Source: Desulfurivibrionaceae bacterium (GTDB lineage Bacteria; Desulfobacterota; Desulfobulbia; Desulfobulbales; SURF-16). Taken from it: 64,000 bases of DNA. The translations under genes were made by a program, and so were the position numbers. The first letter of the stretch is position 1. Each line of letters opens with the position of its first letter. The notes under the pieces were generated by a model, which was not told the DNA's origin, did no database searches, and was given only the letters and a program-made list of their open reading frames with translations. Shown here piece after piece: positions 48,878 through 57,978 of the stretch. The stretch lies in assembly GCA_031581485.1 (NCBI GenBank), contig JAVLBA010000005.1, positions 1,280-65,279 on the forward strand. The letters run 5' to 3'.

Positions 48878-50509
48878 ATGATCCACCTCACCAATATCAG
48901 CAAACAGCACGGCAGCCAGATCCTCTTTAGCGCCTCCAGCTTTCAGATCCTGGCCGGGGTGCGCTCCGGCCTGGTGGGCCCAAACGGCGCCGGAAAGAGC
49001 ACCCTCTTCCGCCTCATTACCGGTGAAGAAATGGCGGATGGCGGCGAGATCTCCTGCGCCAAACACACTGTAATCGGCTATTTCTCCCAGGAAACAGGCG
49101 AGATGGCCGGCCGCTCCGCCCTGGAGGAAACCATGTCCGCCGTGGCCCAGGTCATGGCCCTGGGCCGCGAGATCGAGAAGATGGAGGCCGCCATGGCCGA
49201 GCCCATGGCCGACGACGCCCTGGCCGCCCTTCTGGAGCGCTACGGTGACGCCCAGCAGGAGTTCGAGCACCGGGGCGGCTATGACCTGGAAACCCGGGCC
49301 CAGACCGTGCTCACCGGTCTGGGCATCGGCCCTGACGACTACCTGCGGCCGGTGGAGTCCTTCAGCGGCGGCTGGAAGATGCGCATCGCCCTGGCCAAGA
49401 TCCTCACCATCAATCCCGATGTCCTGCTGCTGGACGAGCCCACCAACCATCTGGACATCGAGTCGATCCTCTGGCTTGAGGAGTGGCTGAAAAAAGAGTT
49501 CAAAGGGGCGCTTTTGATGACCAGCCATGACCGCACCTTCATGAATTCCATTGTCAGCCGCATCATCGAGGTGGCCGACAAAACCATCACCACCTACAGC
49601 GGCGATTACGACTTCTACCTGCGCGAGCGCGACATCCGCCGCGACCAGCTGGTGGCCAGTTACCGCCGCCAGCTGGAGATGCTGGCCAAGGAAGAGGAGT
49701 TCATCGCCCGTTTTGCGGCCCGGGCCTCCCACGCCTCCCAGGTCCAGTCACGGATCAAGAAGATCGACAAGATCGAGCGCATCGAGCTGCCGGCCGAGCA
49801 GAAGGTGATCCGCTTTACCTTTGCCGAACCGCCCCGCAGCGGCGATGATGTGGTGGCCATGGATAATCTGGCCAAGGGCTGGCCGCTGGCGGACCATAGC
49901 GAGAAAAAGGTGTTCAGCGGCATCTCCGGCATGATCCGGCGGGGTGAGAAGATCGCCGTTGTGGGGGTGAACGGCGCCGGCAAATCCACCTTCCTGAAGG
50001 TGCTGGCCGGCCAGACTACGCCCAGCCAGGGCAGCGTCCGCCTGGGCGCCAATGTAGCAGTGGGCTATTTCAGCCAGCACTCCATGGATATCCTGGATGG
50101 CGGCCAAACCGTGTTCAATACGGTGCAGAATGCCATGCCCCAGGCCCATATCGGCACGATCCGCAACCTGTGCGCCGCCTTTCTCTTCCAGGGCGACGAC
50201 ATCGACAAACGGATCAGCAATCTCTCCGGCGGGGAGAAAAGCCGGGTAGTGCTGGCCACCCTCCTGGCCCGGCCCTTGAATCTCTTAATCCTGGATGAGC
50301 CCACCAACCACCTGGATCTCCTCTCCCGCGAGGTGCTGCTGGAGGCCCTGCAGAAATTCAGCGGCACCGTGGTACTGGTAAGCCATGACCGCCACTTCCT
50401 GCGCTCCCTGGTGGACCACGTCATGGAGATAGACCATGGCGCCATGCACCTCTACGGCGGCAATTACGATTATTACCTGCATAAATCCGCCCAGCTGGGC
50501 AGTCAGTAA
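48878..50509 (+). CDS. ABC-F family ATPase (two ABC domains, no TM)
   Basis: Walker A GPNGAGKST and GVNGAGKST; signatures FSGGWKMR and LSGGEKSR. Start trimmed to MIHLTNISKQ (48878). Confidence 0.9.
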   Translation: MIHLTNISKQHGSQILFSASSFQILAGVRSGLVGPNGAGKSTLFRLITGEEMADGGEISCAKHTVIGYFSQETGEMAGRSALEETMSAVAQVMALGREIEKMEAAMAEPMADDALAALLERYGDAQQEFEHRGGYDLETRAQTVLTGLGIGPDDYLRPVESFSGGWKMRIALAKILTINPDVLLLDEPTNHLDIESILWLEEWLKKEFKGALLMTSHDRTFMNSIVSRIIEVADKTITTYSGDYDFYLRERDIRRDQLVASYRRQLEMLAKEEEFIARFAARASHASQVQSRIKKIDKIERIELPAEQKVIRFTFAEPPRSGDDVVAMDNLAKGWPLADHSEKKVFSGISGMIRRGEKIAVVGVNGAGKSTFLKVLAGQTTPSQGSVRLGANVAVGYFSQHSMDILDGGQTVFNTVQNAMPQAHIGTIRNLCAAFLFQGDDIDKRISNLSGGEKSRVVLATLLARPLNLLILDEPTNHLDLLSREVLLEALQKFSGTVVLVSHDRHFLRSLVDHVMEIDHGAMHLYGGNYDYYLHKSAQLGSQ

Positions 50510-50671
50510 CCATCCTTTCCCCGCCATGACCGCCGGGCCGTGCCCCGTCGAGACATATCAGCGGCATTGCCTGCCTGGCCAAATAATTTTTCCGCAAAAA
50601 ACTGGTAAATCACCTCTTATTTTATAATACTAAACGACATCGTCACCCTTTTTTCAGGCAGTCAATGCAGG

Positions 50672-51913
50672 ATGTGGCCTATGGACTCAAAATTGGTGAT
50701 CGTCTTGGTGGGGCTGCCTGCCCGCGGCAAATCCACCATGGCCCGCAAGATAGCCCGCACCTTGGAGCGTGATGAGCTCAAGGTGCGGGTTTTCAACAAT
50801 GGCGAACTGCGGCGCAGACTTGCCCAGGACAACAGCTCTTCGCCGGAGTTCTTCTCGCCCCAGAACCCGGAAGGGGTCGCCTTCAGGGAAAAATGCGCCC
50901 GGATAAACCTCGATCTGGCCAAATCCTTCCTGCAGGAGGAGGGGGACATAGCCATCATCGACGCCAGCAATGTCTCCAGGCAGCGCCGTAAAATGGTTGA
51001 AGAAACCATGGCCGGGCGGCCCATTCTTTTCCTGGAGTGCCGCAACGCGGACGAAGAGGCCCTGGAGGCCAATCTGGTCCGCAAATCCTCCCTCAGAGAA
51101 TTTGCCCACCTCTCCCCCCAAGAGGCCATCGACAGCTTTGCCAAGCGCATTTCCTTTTACGAAACCATGTACGAACCGCTGCAGGCTGAGCGCAACTGCA
51201 TCGTGGTGGATTCCTTTACCGGCACCATCCTGCAGGAGAAATTGGCGGACGTGGTGCCCTATTACGACCGGATCCGCGACCTGATAACCACCCGCATCGT
51301 CAAAAATCTCTTTCTGGTGCGCCACGGAGAAACCTATTTCAACCTGGAAGACCGCATCGGCGGGGATTCGGTCTTAACGGCCAAAGGCCTGGCCCAGGCC
51401 CGGGCCCTGGCCGAGCATTTCAGCACCATCCCCATTCCCATTATCTTTACCAGCAACTATCTGCGGACGCTGCAGACAGCCGCCCCCATCGCCGAGAAAC
51501 AGGACCACAGCTCCATTATCGCCCTGCCCGAATTCAACGAGATCCACGCCGGCATCTGCGAAGGCATGACCTACCAGGAAATCCAGGCGCGCATGCCGGA
51601 GGTGGCTGATGCCAGAAAACAAGATAAATATGGCTACACCTATCCGGAGGGAGAGGGCTATGCAACCATGGAACAGCGCATCCACCGCGGGCTGCAAAAG
51701 GTCTTTTACTTAAACAACTATGACGACAACATCATGATTGTCGGCCACCGGGCCGTCAACCGCATGATCCTCTCTGATTTCCTTTTCCGGCAAAAAGAGG
51801 AGGTCCCTTACGTCTATATGCCGCAAAACCGCTATTATCATCTGCAGATAAACCCGCATAAAAAGAATTTCGAACTGCGGCCCTACGCCAGCGGCCAGAG
51901 CAAAGATCGCTGA
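50672..51913 (+). CDS. 6-phosphofructo-2-kinase/fructose-2,6-bisphosphatase-like bifunctional protein
   Basis: N-terminal VIVLVGLPARGKSTMARKIARTL...VFNNGELRR resembles eukaryotic PFK-2 (VMVGLPARGKTYIS...VFNVGEYRR). The C-terminus has histidine-phosphatase RHGETYFNLEDRIGGDS. Alternative start at 50681. Confidence 0.8.
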   Translation: MWPMDSKLVIVLVGLPARGKSTMARKIARTLERDELKVRVFNNGELRRRLAQDNSSSPEFFSPQNPEGVAFREKCARINLDLAKSFLQEEGDIAIIDASNVSRQRRKMVEETMAGRPILFLECRNADEEALEANLVRKSSLREFAHLSPQEAIDSFAKRISFYETMYEPLQAERNCIVVDSFTGTILQEKLADVVPYYDRIRDLITTRIVKNLFLVRHGETYFNLEDRIGGDSVLTAKGLAQARALAEHFSTIPIPIIFTSNYLRTLQTAAPIAEKQDHSSIIALPEFNEIHAGICEGMTYQEIQARMPEVADARKQDKYGYTYPEGEGYATMEQRIHRGLQKVFYLNNYDDNIMIVGHRAVNRMILSDFLFRQKEEVPYVYMPQNRYYHLQINPHKKNFELRPYASGQSKDR

Positions 51914-51949
51914 CCGCAAGAGATTCCGCAATAACTTTCAGGAAAGGCC

Positions 51950-52666
51950 ATGGAGACCTATGGGCTGAGTCATACCGGCTTGGTGCGAGAGCATAATGAA
52001 GATCGTTATCTGATCAAAAATCTCTCAGCCAACACCGCCCTCCTGGCAATCGCCGATGGCATGGGAGGCCATTGCGGCGGAGAGATCGCCGCCCAGATTG
52101 TCATAGACACCCTGCAGGAGAGCGACCTGGCCACTCCCTCTGATGCCCGGCACCTATCCCGCCTGATTGCCAAGGCCAATGAGAGCATCCACAAAGAAGC
52201 AGAGCGAAACCCTGCCCTGCTGGGCATGGGAACCACCGCCACGGTCGCCCTGATAGACCACGCTGTTGTCCACTGGGCCCATGTGGGAGACAGCCGCCTC
52301 TATTTTTTTGGGGATGGCCGCTTAAAGCAGGTGACCACGGACCAGAACATGGCCCAGCTGCTTATCGACCGCGGAGAAATGAGCCCGGAGCTGGCCCGCT
52401 TATCCCCCTACAGGAACATGCTGCTGCAATGCGTTGGCGGCTATGACTGCGTGCCGGCCAGCGGCCATTTTGAGATCACCCGGGGCGACCTGCTTCTGCT
52501 CTGCTCGGACGGACTTTGCGGGGCAGTACCCCGCCAGCGTATCCGATCCCTGCTGGCGCCCGGCAAAAAAATGCAAAACACTGCCGACTCCCTGCTGCAG
52601 GCGGCTCTGGAGACGGGCGGCAAAGACAATATCACCGTCGTCCTGGCCAGACCGAGCGCGACATAA
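51950..52666 (+). CDS. PP2C-family Ser/Thr protein phosphatase
   Basis: GLVREHNEDRY, IADGMGGHCGGEIAA, GTTATV, GDSRLY, CSDGL, GGKDNITVV. Confidence 0.9.
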   Translation: METYGLSHTGLVREHNEDRYLIKNLSANTALLAIADGMGGHCGGEIAAQIVIDTLQESDLATPSDARHLSRLIAKANESIHKEAERNPALLGMGTTATVALIDHAVVHWAHVGDSRLYFFGDGRLKQVTTDQNMAQLLIDRGEMSPELARLSPYRNMLLQCVGGYDCVPASGHFEITRGDLLLLCSDGLCGAVPRQRIRSLLAPGKKMQNTADSLLQAALETGGKDNITVVLARPSAT

Positions 52667-52726
52667 TGATATATACCAGAATATACTTATATATATCTCA
52701 GCCGTTTATCCTTGTCGCAGCGGGCC

Positions 52727-53152
52727 TCAGAGACAAGGGATGTGGAAGCGTATGGGCGCGTCCTTGTCGGACTCAGCAGAGAAATTTCCTTCCAGTCCGG
52801 TTTTGAAGGCGGCGAGCAGCGCCTTTGTCGCCCCGATGAATTCAGGGCTATGCTCGGTCCGGTTAATGGTGGCGTGGAGGACGATCTTCTCAAGGCATGG
52901 GGGATAGCCGGTGGTGACGGTCCAGGCCAGGGCGTTAGGACAGTCAGGCACGGAAAAACGCACCCCGCCCATAACCGTCTCCTGTCGGATATGGAAGCGT
53001 CCCCATTGGCGAAAATAAATAACCCGCCCCAACTCCTCCAAGGCGTCCACCGCCTCCACCTCCTCGCAATAATCAGGCAGCGTCTCGACGGAGATTTTCG
53101 CCCTGATCTCCTCCTGGCTTGTGACAACATCGGCAAACTCGAAAAATTCCAT
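52727..53152 (-). CDS. hypothetical protein (141 aa)
   Basis: Start chosen at MEFFEFADV (GAGGAG just upstream). The N-terminal 101 residues of the track ORF look non-coding. No family recognised. Confidence 0.45.
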   Translation of the reverse strand: MEFFEFADVVTSQEEIRAKISVETLPDYCEEVEAVDALEELGRVIYFRQWGRFHIRQETVMGGVRFSVPDCPNALAWTVTTGYPPCLEKIVLHATINRTEHSPEFIGATKALLAAFKTGLEGNFSAESDKDAPIRFHIPCL

Positions 53153-53442
53153 GGACTCCTCATCAAGGTTCAAAAAACATCTCCGCAAACGGCCCCAGAC
53201 ACAAATCCGCTCCCCGTTCCGCCCTCCTATAACAGAGAAAACAGCTGCGGACCACCGCCACATAACAGGCCGTTGAAAAAGGGAGCGAGCGCAGTATTTT
53301 TTCAACGGGCAGAAAATGGTTATTTCGCCTATACTCCACAGACTGCTCTGGGCAGAAGCCCTGCCGGGCATAAAAACGCTCCCCCCCTCAAAGGGGCGGC
53401 CGTCCCATTGAGCCCGGATCAACTCTTTGACGTGAGGACAAT

Positions 53443-53754
53443 ATGAAAATAACACTACTCATTCCCCTGCTCCTGGCTTTAACCCTGGTGGCGTCCCCCT
53501 CCTTTGCCAAGAAAAATGGTCACGACGGGCAGCTGCCCCCCGGGCTGTCCAAAAACGTAAAGCGGGGCAAGGCTCTGCCCCCGGGCTGGCAGAAGAAAAT
53601 AGCGCCGGGCAAGAAACTGGACAGAGAAGTCTATAGGCATGGCGCGATCATTGCCCCGCTGGATCCCCTGGGAATCGTCACCATCAAGATCGACAACAAG
53701 GTGCTGCGGGTCCACCAAAAAAGCATGGAAATATTGGATATCCTGACGCCTTAA
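53443..53754 (+). CDS. small secreted protein with repeated LPPG-x-KK motif
   Basis: Signal peptide MKITLLIPLLLALTLVASPSFA, then QLPPGLSKNVKRGKALPPGWQKKIAPG. GAGGA RBS. Confidence 0.55.
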   Translation: MKITLLIPLLLALTLVASPSFAKKNGHDGQLPPGLSKNVKRGKALPPGWQKKIAPGKKLDREVYRHGAIIAPLDPLGIVTIKIDNKVLRVHQKSMEILDILTP

Positions 53755-53864
53755 CTTAAAATTTTGTCTGGAGTGGATAGAGGGCTGAAGGGAAAATGCC
53801 CTGAACAGGAACAGGCCCTGGCCGTTCCGGTGAAAAAGAGGGCCAGAACTCTTTTTTATCTTTC

Positions 53865-53906
53865 CTCTGCCGCCCCGGCCCTGGCCAGGGCGGCAGAGTT
53901 TTTTTT
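53865..53906. terminator. bidirectional Rho-independent terminator
   Basis: CUCUGCCGCCC-12 nt-GGGCGGCAGAG followed by U8. Lies between convergent genes. Confidence 0.75.
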
Positions 53907-54066
53907 CACCTCAAAATCATCATCATAATCCCTTACCTGACCTCTTCTCTGAATTCAAATTGCACGCGCACAACCGACAATTCAGGGGAGAGAGAAGCCG
54001 CGCAGGTCTTCATCAGCGCTTGTAGGAAAAAAGAGTGTATCAGCAGCGCATCGTCCCTTTGGCCAC

Positions 54067-56049
54067 TTACGATTTTATTCGGCTGGCGCCAAGCCTTTTG
54101 CCTGTTGCCGGGAAGAGTGCGATGTCGGTATGGGGCAGGAATAAGGAGGCCACATACTGGTCTTTGAAGTCTGGAACCTCGGAGAGCTCGAAACTGGTCA
54201 TCCGATGGACCACATCCACCACATCTTGCCTGATGTGGTTGCTCAAGGCACTCATCCATGATCCCAGCAGCGAACCGTTGCCCACATAGATGACCTTGTC
54301 AGGGGATACCTCCGGCAACAGGCCGATGGTCATGGCGGAATCAAGGTCAATATAGCTGCCGAAGGCCCCGGCCAGGATGATCTGCTCCAGGTCACCGATG
54401 GCAAGCCCCACCTCCTCGACCAGGGTCTTGACCCCGGCGTAGATGGCGGCCTTGGCGCGGATGAAGTTGTCGATATCCACCTCGTTGATGACAATATCGC
54501 TAGGAGCCCCTGATTCTTCCTTCCAGGCCAGGACATATTCATAGCCGCTCCGCCCCGACCGAATGCGGGGCGTATCCAGCTGACGGTTGAATTTGCCGCT
54601 TTGGTCAATCACCTTATTTTCAAAAAGAGTAGCAACGATAACCAGCAGCCCGGAACCGCAAATACCCACGGGTTGCTGGTTGCCGATGGTGATGTTCATC
54701 GGCTCCAGGGTGGCGGGATTGAGACTGAAATCCTCAATGGCGCCGGCGGCGGCCCGCATGCCGTGGGTAATACCGCCGCCCTCAAAAGCCGGCCCGGCAG
54801 AGCAGGCGGCACAGGCCAGCCACTCCCTGTTGCCGATAACAATCTCGGCATTGGTGCCGATATCGATATAGAGGGTGACCTTGTCGGTGCGATACATCCC
54901 GGAACCCATCACCCCGGCCACGATATCGCCGCCAACATAACTTGAGATCGAGGGATAGAGGAGTGCCACGGTATGATGGGGCAGCTTGATGTTGAGATCA
55001 GCGGCCCTGATCGGGGGGACAAAGGTGGTTACCGGCACATAGGGGGAGCGCCTGATATTGTCCGGCTCCAGGCCCAGGAGAAGATGGGTCATGGTGGTGT
55101 TGCCGGCCAGGGTTATGGAGCTTATCTCGTCCCGGGTGATCTTGCCTTTTTTCTTGCCTGCCGTAGGGTTGGCTGAGGCCAGCAGATGGTCGATGCAGGA
55201 ATTGATGCTTTGCACCACCATTTCCTGCATCTGTTCTTGCCCTTCCGGATTCTCCGCATGGATGATCCGGCTGATAACGTCTTCGCCGTAGCTTAACTGG
55301 CCGTTGTAATCACCATGCCGGGCCAGCACCTTGCCGGTATTGAGATCAAGGAGAAGGCCATAGACCGTGGTGGTGCCGATATCAAAGGCCAGTCCGAAAT
55401 TTCTGGACGTCCAGTTGCCGGGCTGGATATTAATCAGGTGGGTCTTGGTCTTGCTGTTGACGGGATGGGCCAGGGTAACGGTGAGCCGGAAATTATCGTC
55501 CCGTAATGCCTTTCGTATCTTGCCCAGAATCGGCAGACTGGTGACGATGCCCCGCTCATCGTATTGGTTGCTCAGCCCCAGGATAATGCGGCCGGCATCG
55601 GCCATGTTGTCCAGCGCCGAGGCCGGGGGCAGTTCCAGAAAGAGTTTCACCACCGGCGACACAAAGATGCCTTCCTCACGGAGATCCTGAATGTCGAAGC
55701 GGTGCATGCCGGCCCGGTGCCTGACGGGCACGGACGTGGACAGGCCGCCCGTTTTGAGGCTCGATATCTCGGGGACGTTAATGGTGGCATCGCCGGAGAC
55801 CTTGGCAATGCAGGCCTGCCGATAGCCGGCGCTGTAATCTTCCGGGGAAAGTTTATCGCTCCGTCCCCCTTCCACAGTACCTTTTTCCAGAATGACCCGG
55901 CATTTGCCGCAGACCCCGGCCCCGCCGCAGGAGGCATTGATATGGATACCGGCGGCCCGGGCCGCCTTGATAAAGGATTGGCCGCCCTGGATTTCAACCT
56001 CGCGGCCGGTGGGCAGAAAATGTATTTTATAGAGTTGCTCTTGGCTCAT
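54067..56049 (-). CDS. [2Fe-2S] ferredoxin + ASKHA ATPase protein (RACo / DUF4445-like reductive activator family)
   Basis: N-terminal plant-type Fd ASCGGAGVCGKCRV...C, then ASKHA phosphate motifs GLAFDIGTTTV and LYIDIGTNAEIV, then CGSG...LAGAFGSY. 660 aa. Confidence 0.8.
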   Translation of the reverse strand: MSQEQLYKIHFLPTGREVEIQGGQSFIKAARAAGIHINASCGGAGVCGKCRVILEKGTVEGGRSDKLSPEDYSAGYRQACIAKVSGDATINVPEISSLKTGGLSTSVPVRHRAGMHRFDIQDLREEGIFVSPVVKLFLELPPASALDNMADAGRIILGLSNQYDERGIVTSLPILGKIRKALRDDNFRLTVTLAHPVNSKTKTHLINIQPGNWTSRNFGLAFDIGTTTVYGLLLDLNTGKVLARHGDYNGQLSYGEDVISRIIHAENPEGQEQMQEMVVQSINSCIDHLLASANPTAGKKKGKITRDEISSITLAGNTTMTHLLLGLEPDNIRRSPYVPVTTFVPPIRAADLNIKLPHHTVALLYPSISSYVGGDIVAGVMGSGMYRTDKVTLYIDIGTNAEIVIGNREWLACAACSAGPAFEGGGITHGMRAAAGAIEDFSLNPATLEPMNITIGNQQPVGICGSGLLVIVATLFENKVIDQSGKFNRQLDTPRIRSGRSGYEYVLAWKEESGAPSDIVINEVDIDNFIRAKAAIYAGVKTLVEEVGLAIGDLEQIILAGAFGSYIDLDSAMTIGLLPEVSPDKVIYVGNGSLLGSWMSALSNHIRQDVVDVVHRMTSFELSEVPDFKDQYVASLFLPHTDIALFPATGKRLGASRIKS

Positions 56050-56894
56050 CAGCTGATTTCCATAGCGTTAAGTTTCTTCAACTGGGCGAGGTTGAACACC
56101 GGCCCGTCAACGCAGACCAGTTTACCATCCAGATGGCAATGGCGACAGACCCCAACGCCACATTTCATATGGCGTTCCATGGTGGTGATGATGTCCTTAT
56201 CGCTGAAGCCTCTTTTCTCCAGGGCCTTCAAGACGGCCTTAATCATCAGCGGCGGGCCGCAGACCACCCCGCTCTGCTGGGCGGGGTTGATTTCCACCTG
56301 CTCAAAAAGCGTGGTAACCAGACCGGTATTGCCCTGCCAACCGGCGGAGCCCGAGTCAACGGTAAGCAGGCAGTGGACGGACTGGTTTTGGCGCCAGAGG
56401 GCAATGTCGCCCATAAAGGCGATATCTTCCGGAGTGCGGCTGCCGTAGAGGATGGTTATGTGACCCTGGTAGTCCGGGTTCGCCAGGCAGCTGTTGATGA
56501 CCGAAGACAAAGGAGCCAGGCCAATGCCGCCGGCCACAAAGAGCAGGTCGCGCTGGGCCAGATACTCCATGGGGAAGGGCTTGCCGTACGGCCCCCTGAG
56601 GCCGATTATTGCCCCTGTAGTGAGGCCGTGCATGGCGGTGGTCAAGGTGCCGGCCCGGCGGACACTGAGGCGTATCAGGCCTTTGTCGGCCGGTGTGGAT
56701 GAAAAGGAGATAGGTGCCTCGCCGCAATGGGGCAGGGAGACCATCATGAATTGCCCCGGCTGGTAGGAGAAGCTGGCGTTGTCATGCTGATCGACAAATC
56801 GCAGCACAAAGGTCTTGATCTGCGAGTTCTCGCTGATGATTTCGACCACCTGCGCCGGGCGGGGCAGGTAATCCTCGAGGGGGGATCTCTTCAT
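56049..56894 (-). CDS. FAD/NAD(P)-binding iron-sulfur oxidoreductase subunit (sulfhydrogenase gamma / AsrB / PyrK-like)
   Basis: FNR-like fold blocks (GQFMMVSLP, RLSVRR, LRGPYG, LFVAGGIGLAP) and a C-terminal 2Fe-2S motif CGVGVCRHCHLDGKLVC. 1-nt overlap (TGATG) with the downstream gene. Confidence 0.8.
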   Translation of the reverse strand: MKRSPLEDYLPRPAQVVEIISENSQIKTFVLRFVDQHDNASFSYQPGQFMMVSLPHCGEAPISFSSTPADKGLIRLSVRRAGTLTTAMHGLTTGAIIGLRGPYGKPFPMEYLAQRDLLFVAGGIGLAPLSSVINSCLANPDYQGHITILYGSRTPEDIAFMGDIALWRQNQSVHCLLTVDSGSAGWQGNTGLVTTLFEQVEINPAQQSGVVCGPPLMIKAVLKALEKRGFSDKDIITTMERHMKCGVGVCRHCHLDGKLVCVDGPVFNLAQLKKLNAMEIS

Positions 56895-56897
56895 AGG

Positions 56898-57941
56898 TCA
56901 GCTTCCTGCGCAGGCCATGTTGATAAAACGGAGAATGTCGGTGCCGCCAAAGCACATATCGACACAGCGGCCACAGCCCACACAACTCGGCCGGCCATGT
57001 TTTTGGACATCGTAGCAGAGTTTGTGCATGAAGCGCTGGCGGATGGCATCGGTTTTTCGCACCACCGGGTTGTGGCCCCCCGCCATTTTGGTAAAGCCGG
57101 AAAAGGTGCAGGCATCCCAGCTCCTGATCCGTTCGCCGCTCTCTGCCGTGAGGGGCGCGTCGGTAATGGTGAAACAGGTGCAGGTGGGGCAGATGAAGGC
57201 GCAGCCGCCGCAATCCTGACAGCGCTTGGAGAGCTGGTGCCAGATGGCATCGGGAACGCCCTCCCCCTGCAGCCGTTTGATGACCTGGTCCACATGGACT
57301 ATGTGGCTGAAGCTGCCCCGGGATTCCAAAAAGGCCTGGTACTGTCTGTGGACATCTTGTTCCTCGGCCGGGGTAAAAAAATGGCGCCATTTTTCAACGA
57401 TTGCCTGGCCCTGGCTCCGGCCCACTTCCACCAGAAAGCAATCACCGATATCCGTAAATTGCAGGTCGGCGCCATCCTCCAGAAAAGGACCGCTCTTGGT
57501 GGCGTTGCAGAAACAGTTTGGAAAGGGGTGATTGCAGTTGAGGCCGATCAGGATGGACTTGAGTCTCTTCTGGCGATAAGGGCTGTCGCTGGTTCCGTGC
57601 AGAAAGGTAACATCCATATACAAGACGCCTGAGAGGTCGCAGGAGCGGACCCCGAAGAAAACCGTCGGCGGCAAAGCGGTGTCGGCAGGGGTGAAGGCAT
57701 AGGCCTCTGCAGATTCGCAGCGATAGGTGCAAAGGACTTCCCGTTGGGGAAGCAGGAACTGTTTGATGGAGTTCTGGGGTTGCTTGGCAAGGTCAAGGGT
57801 GGCGCTGTCGACATCGTCGATCTCGGTGAAGAGGGTGTCACCATGCCGGTTTTGTAGAGGGGCGACCAGGCTATACTCCTTGCTGAGCTTACGGAGAAAC
57901 GCGGTCAGGTGGTCTTTTTTGAGGGTTAGTTTGCCGGTCAT
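56898..57941 (-). CDS. 4Fe-4S cluster subunit (sulfhydrogenase beta / AsrA-like)
   Basis: CQDCGGCAFICPTCTCF and CVGCGRCVDMC motifs plus an N-terminal Cys cluster (NCNHPFPNCFCN). Confidence 0.8.
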   Translation of the reverse strand: MTGKLTLKKDHLTAFLRKLSKEYSLVAPLQNRHGDTLFTEIDDVDSATLDLAKQPQNSIKQFLLPQREVLCTYRCESAEAYAFTPADTALPPTVFFGVRSCDLSGVLYMDVTFLHGTSDSPYRQKRLKSILIGLNCNHPFPNCFCNATKSGPFLEDGADLQFTDIGDCFLVEVGRSQGQAIVEKWRHFFTPAEEQDVHRQYQAFLESRGSFSHIVHVDQVIKRLQGEGVPDAIWHQLSKRCQDCGGCAFICPTCTCFTITDAPLTAESGERIRSWDACTFSGFTKMAGGHNPVVRKTDAIRQRFMHKLCYDVQKHGRPSCVGCGRCVDMCFGGTDILRFINMACAGS

Positions 57942-57978
57942 GATTGAAGCTCGATTGTGTCAGGGCCAAAAGCCCTTC

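Noticed and set aside
52668-52697. AT-rich inverted repeat GATATATA-14 nt-TATATATC between the convergent PP2C and hypothetical genes.
   Set aside because: Low-complexity TA repeats readily form such palindromes by chance. There is no GC stem or U-tract and no second copy elsewhere in the window.
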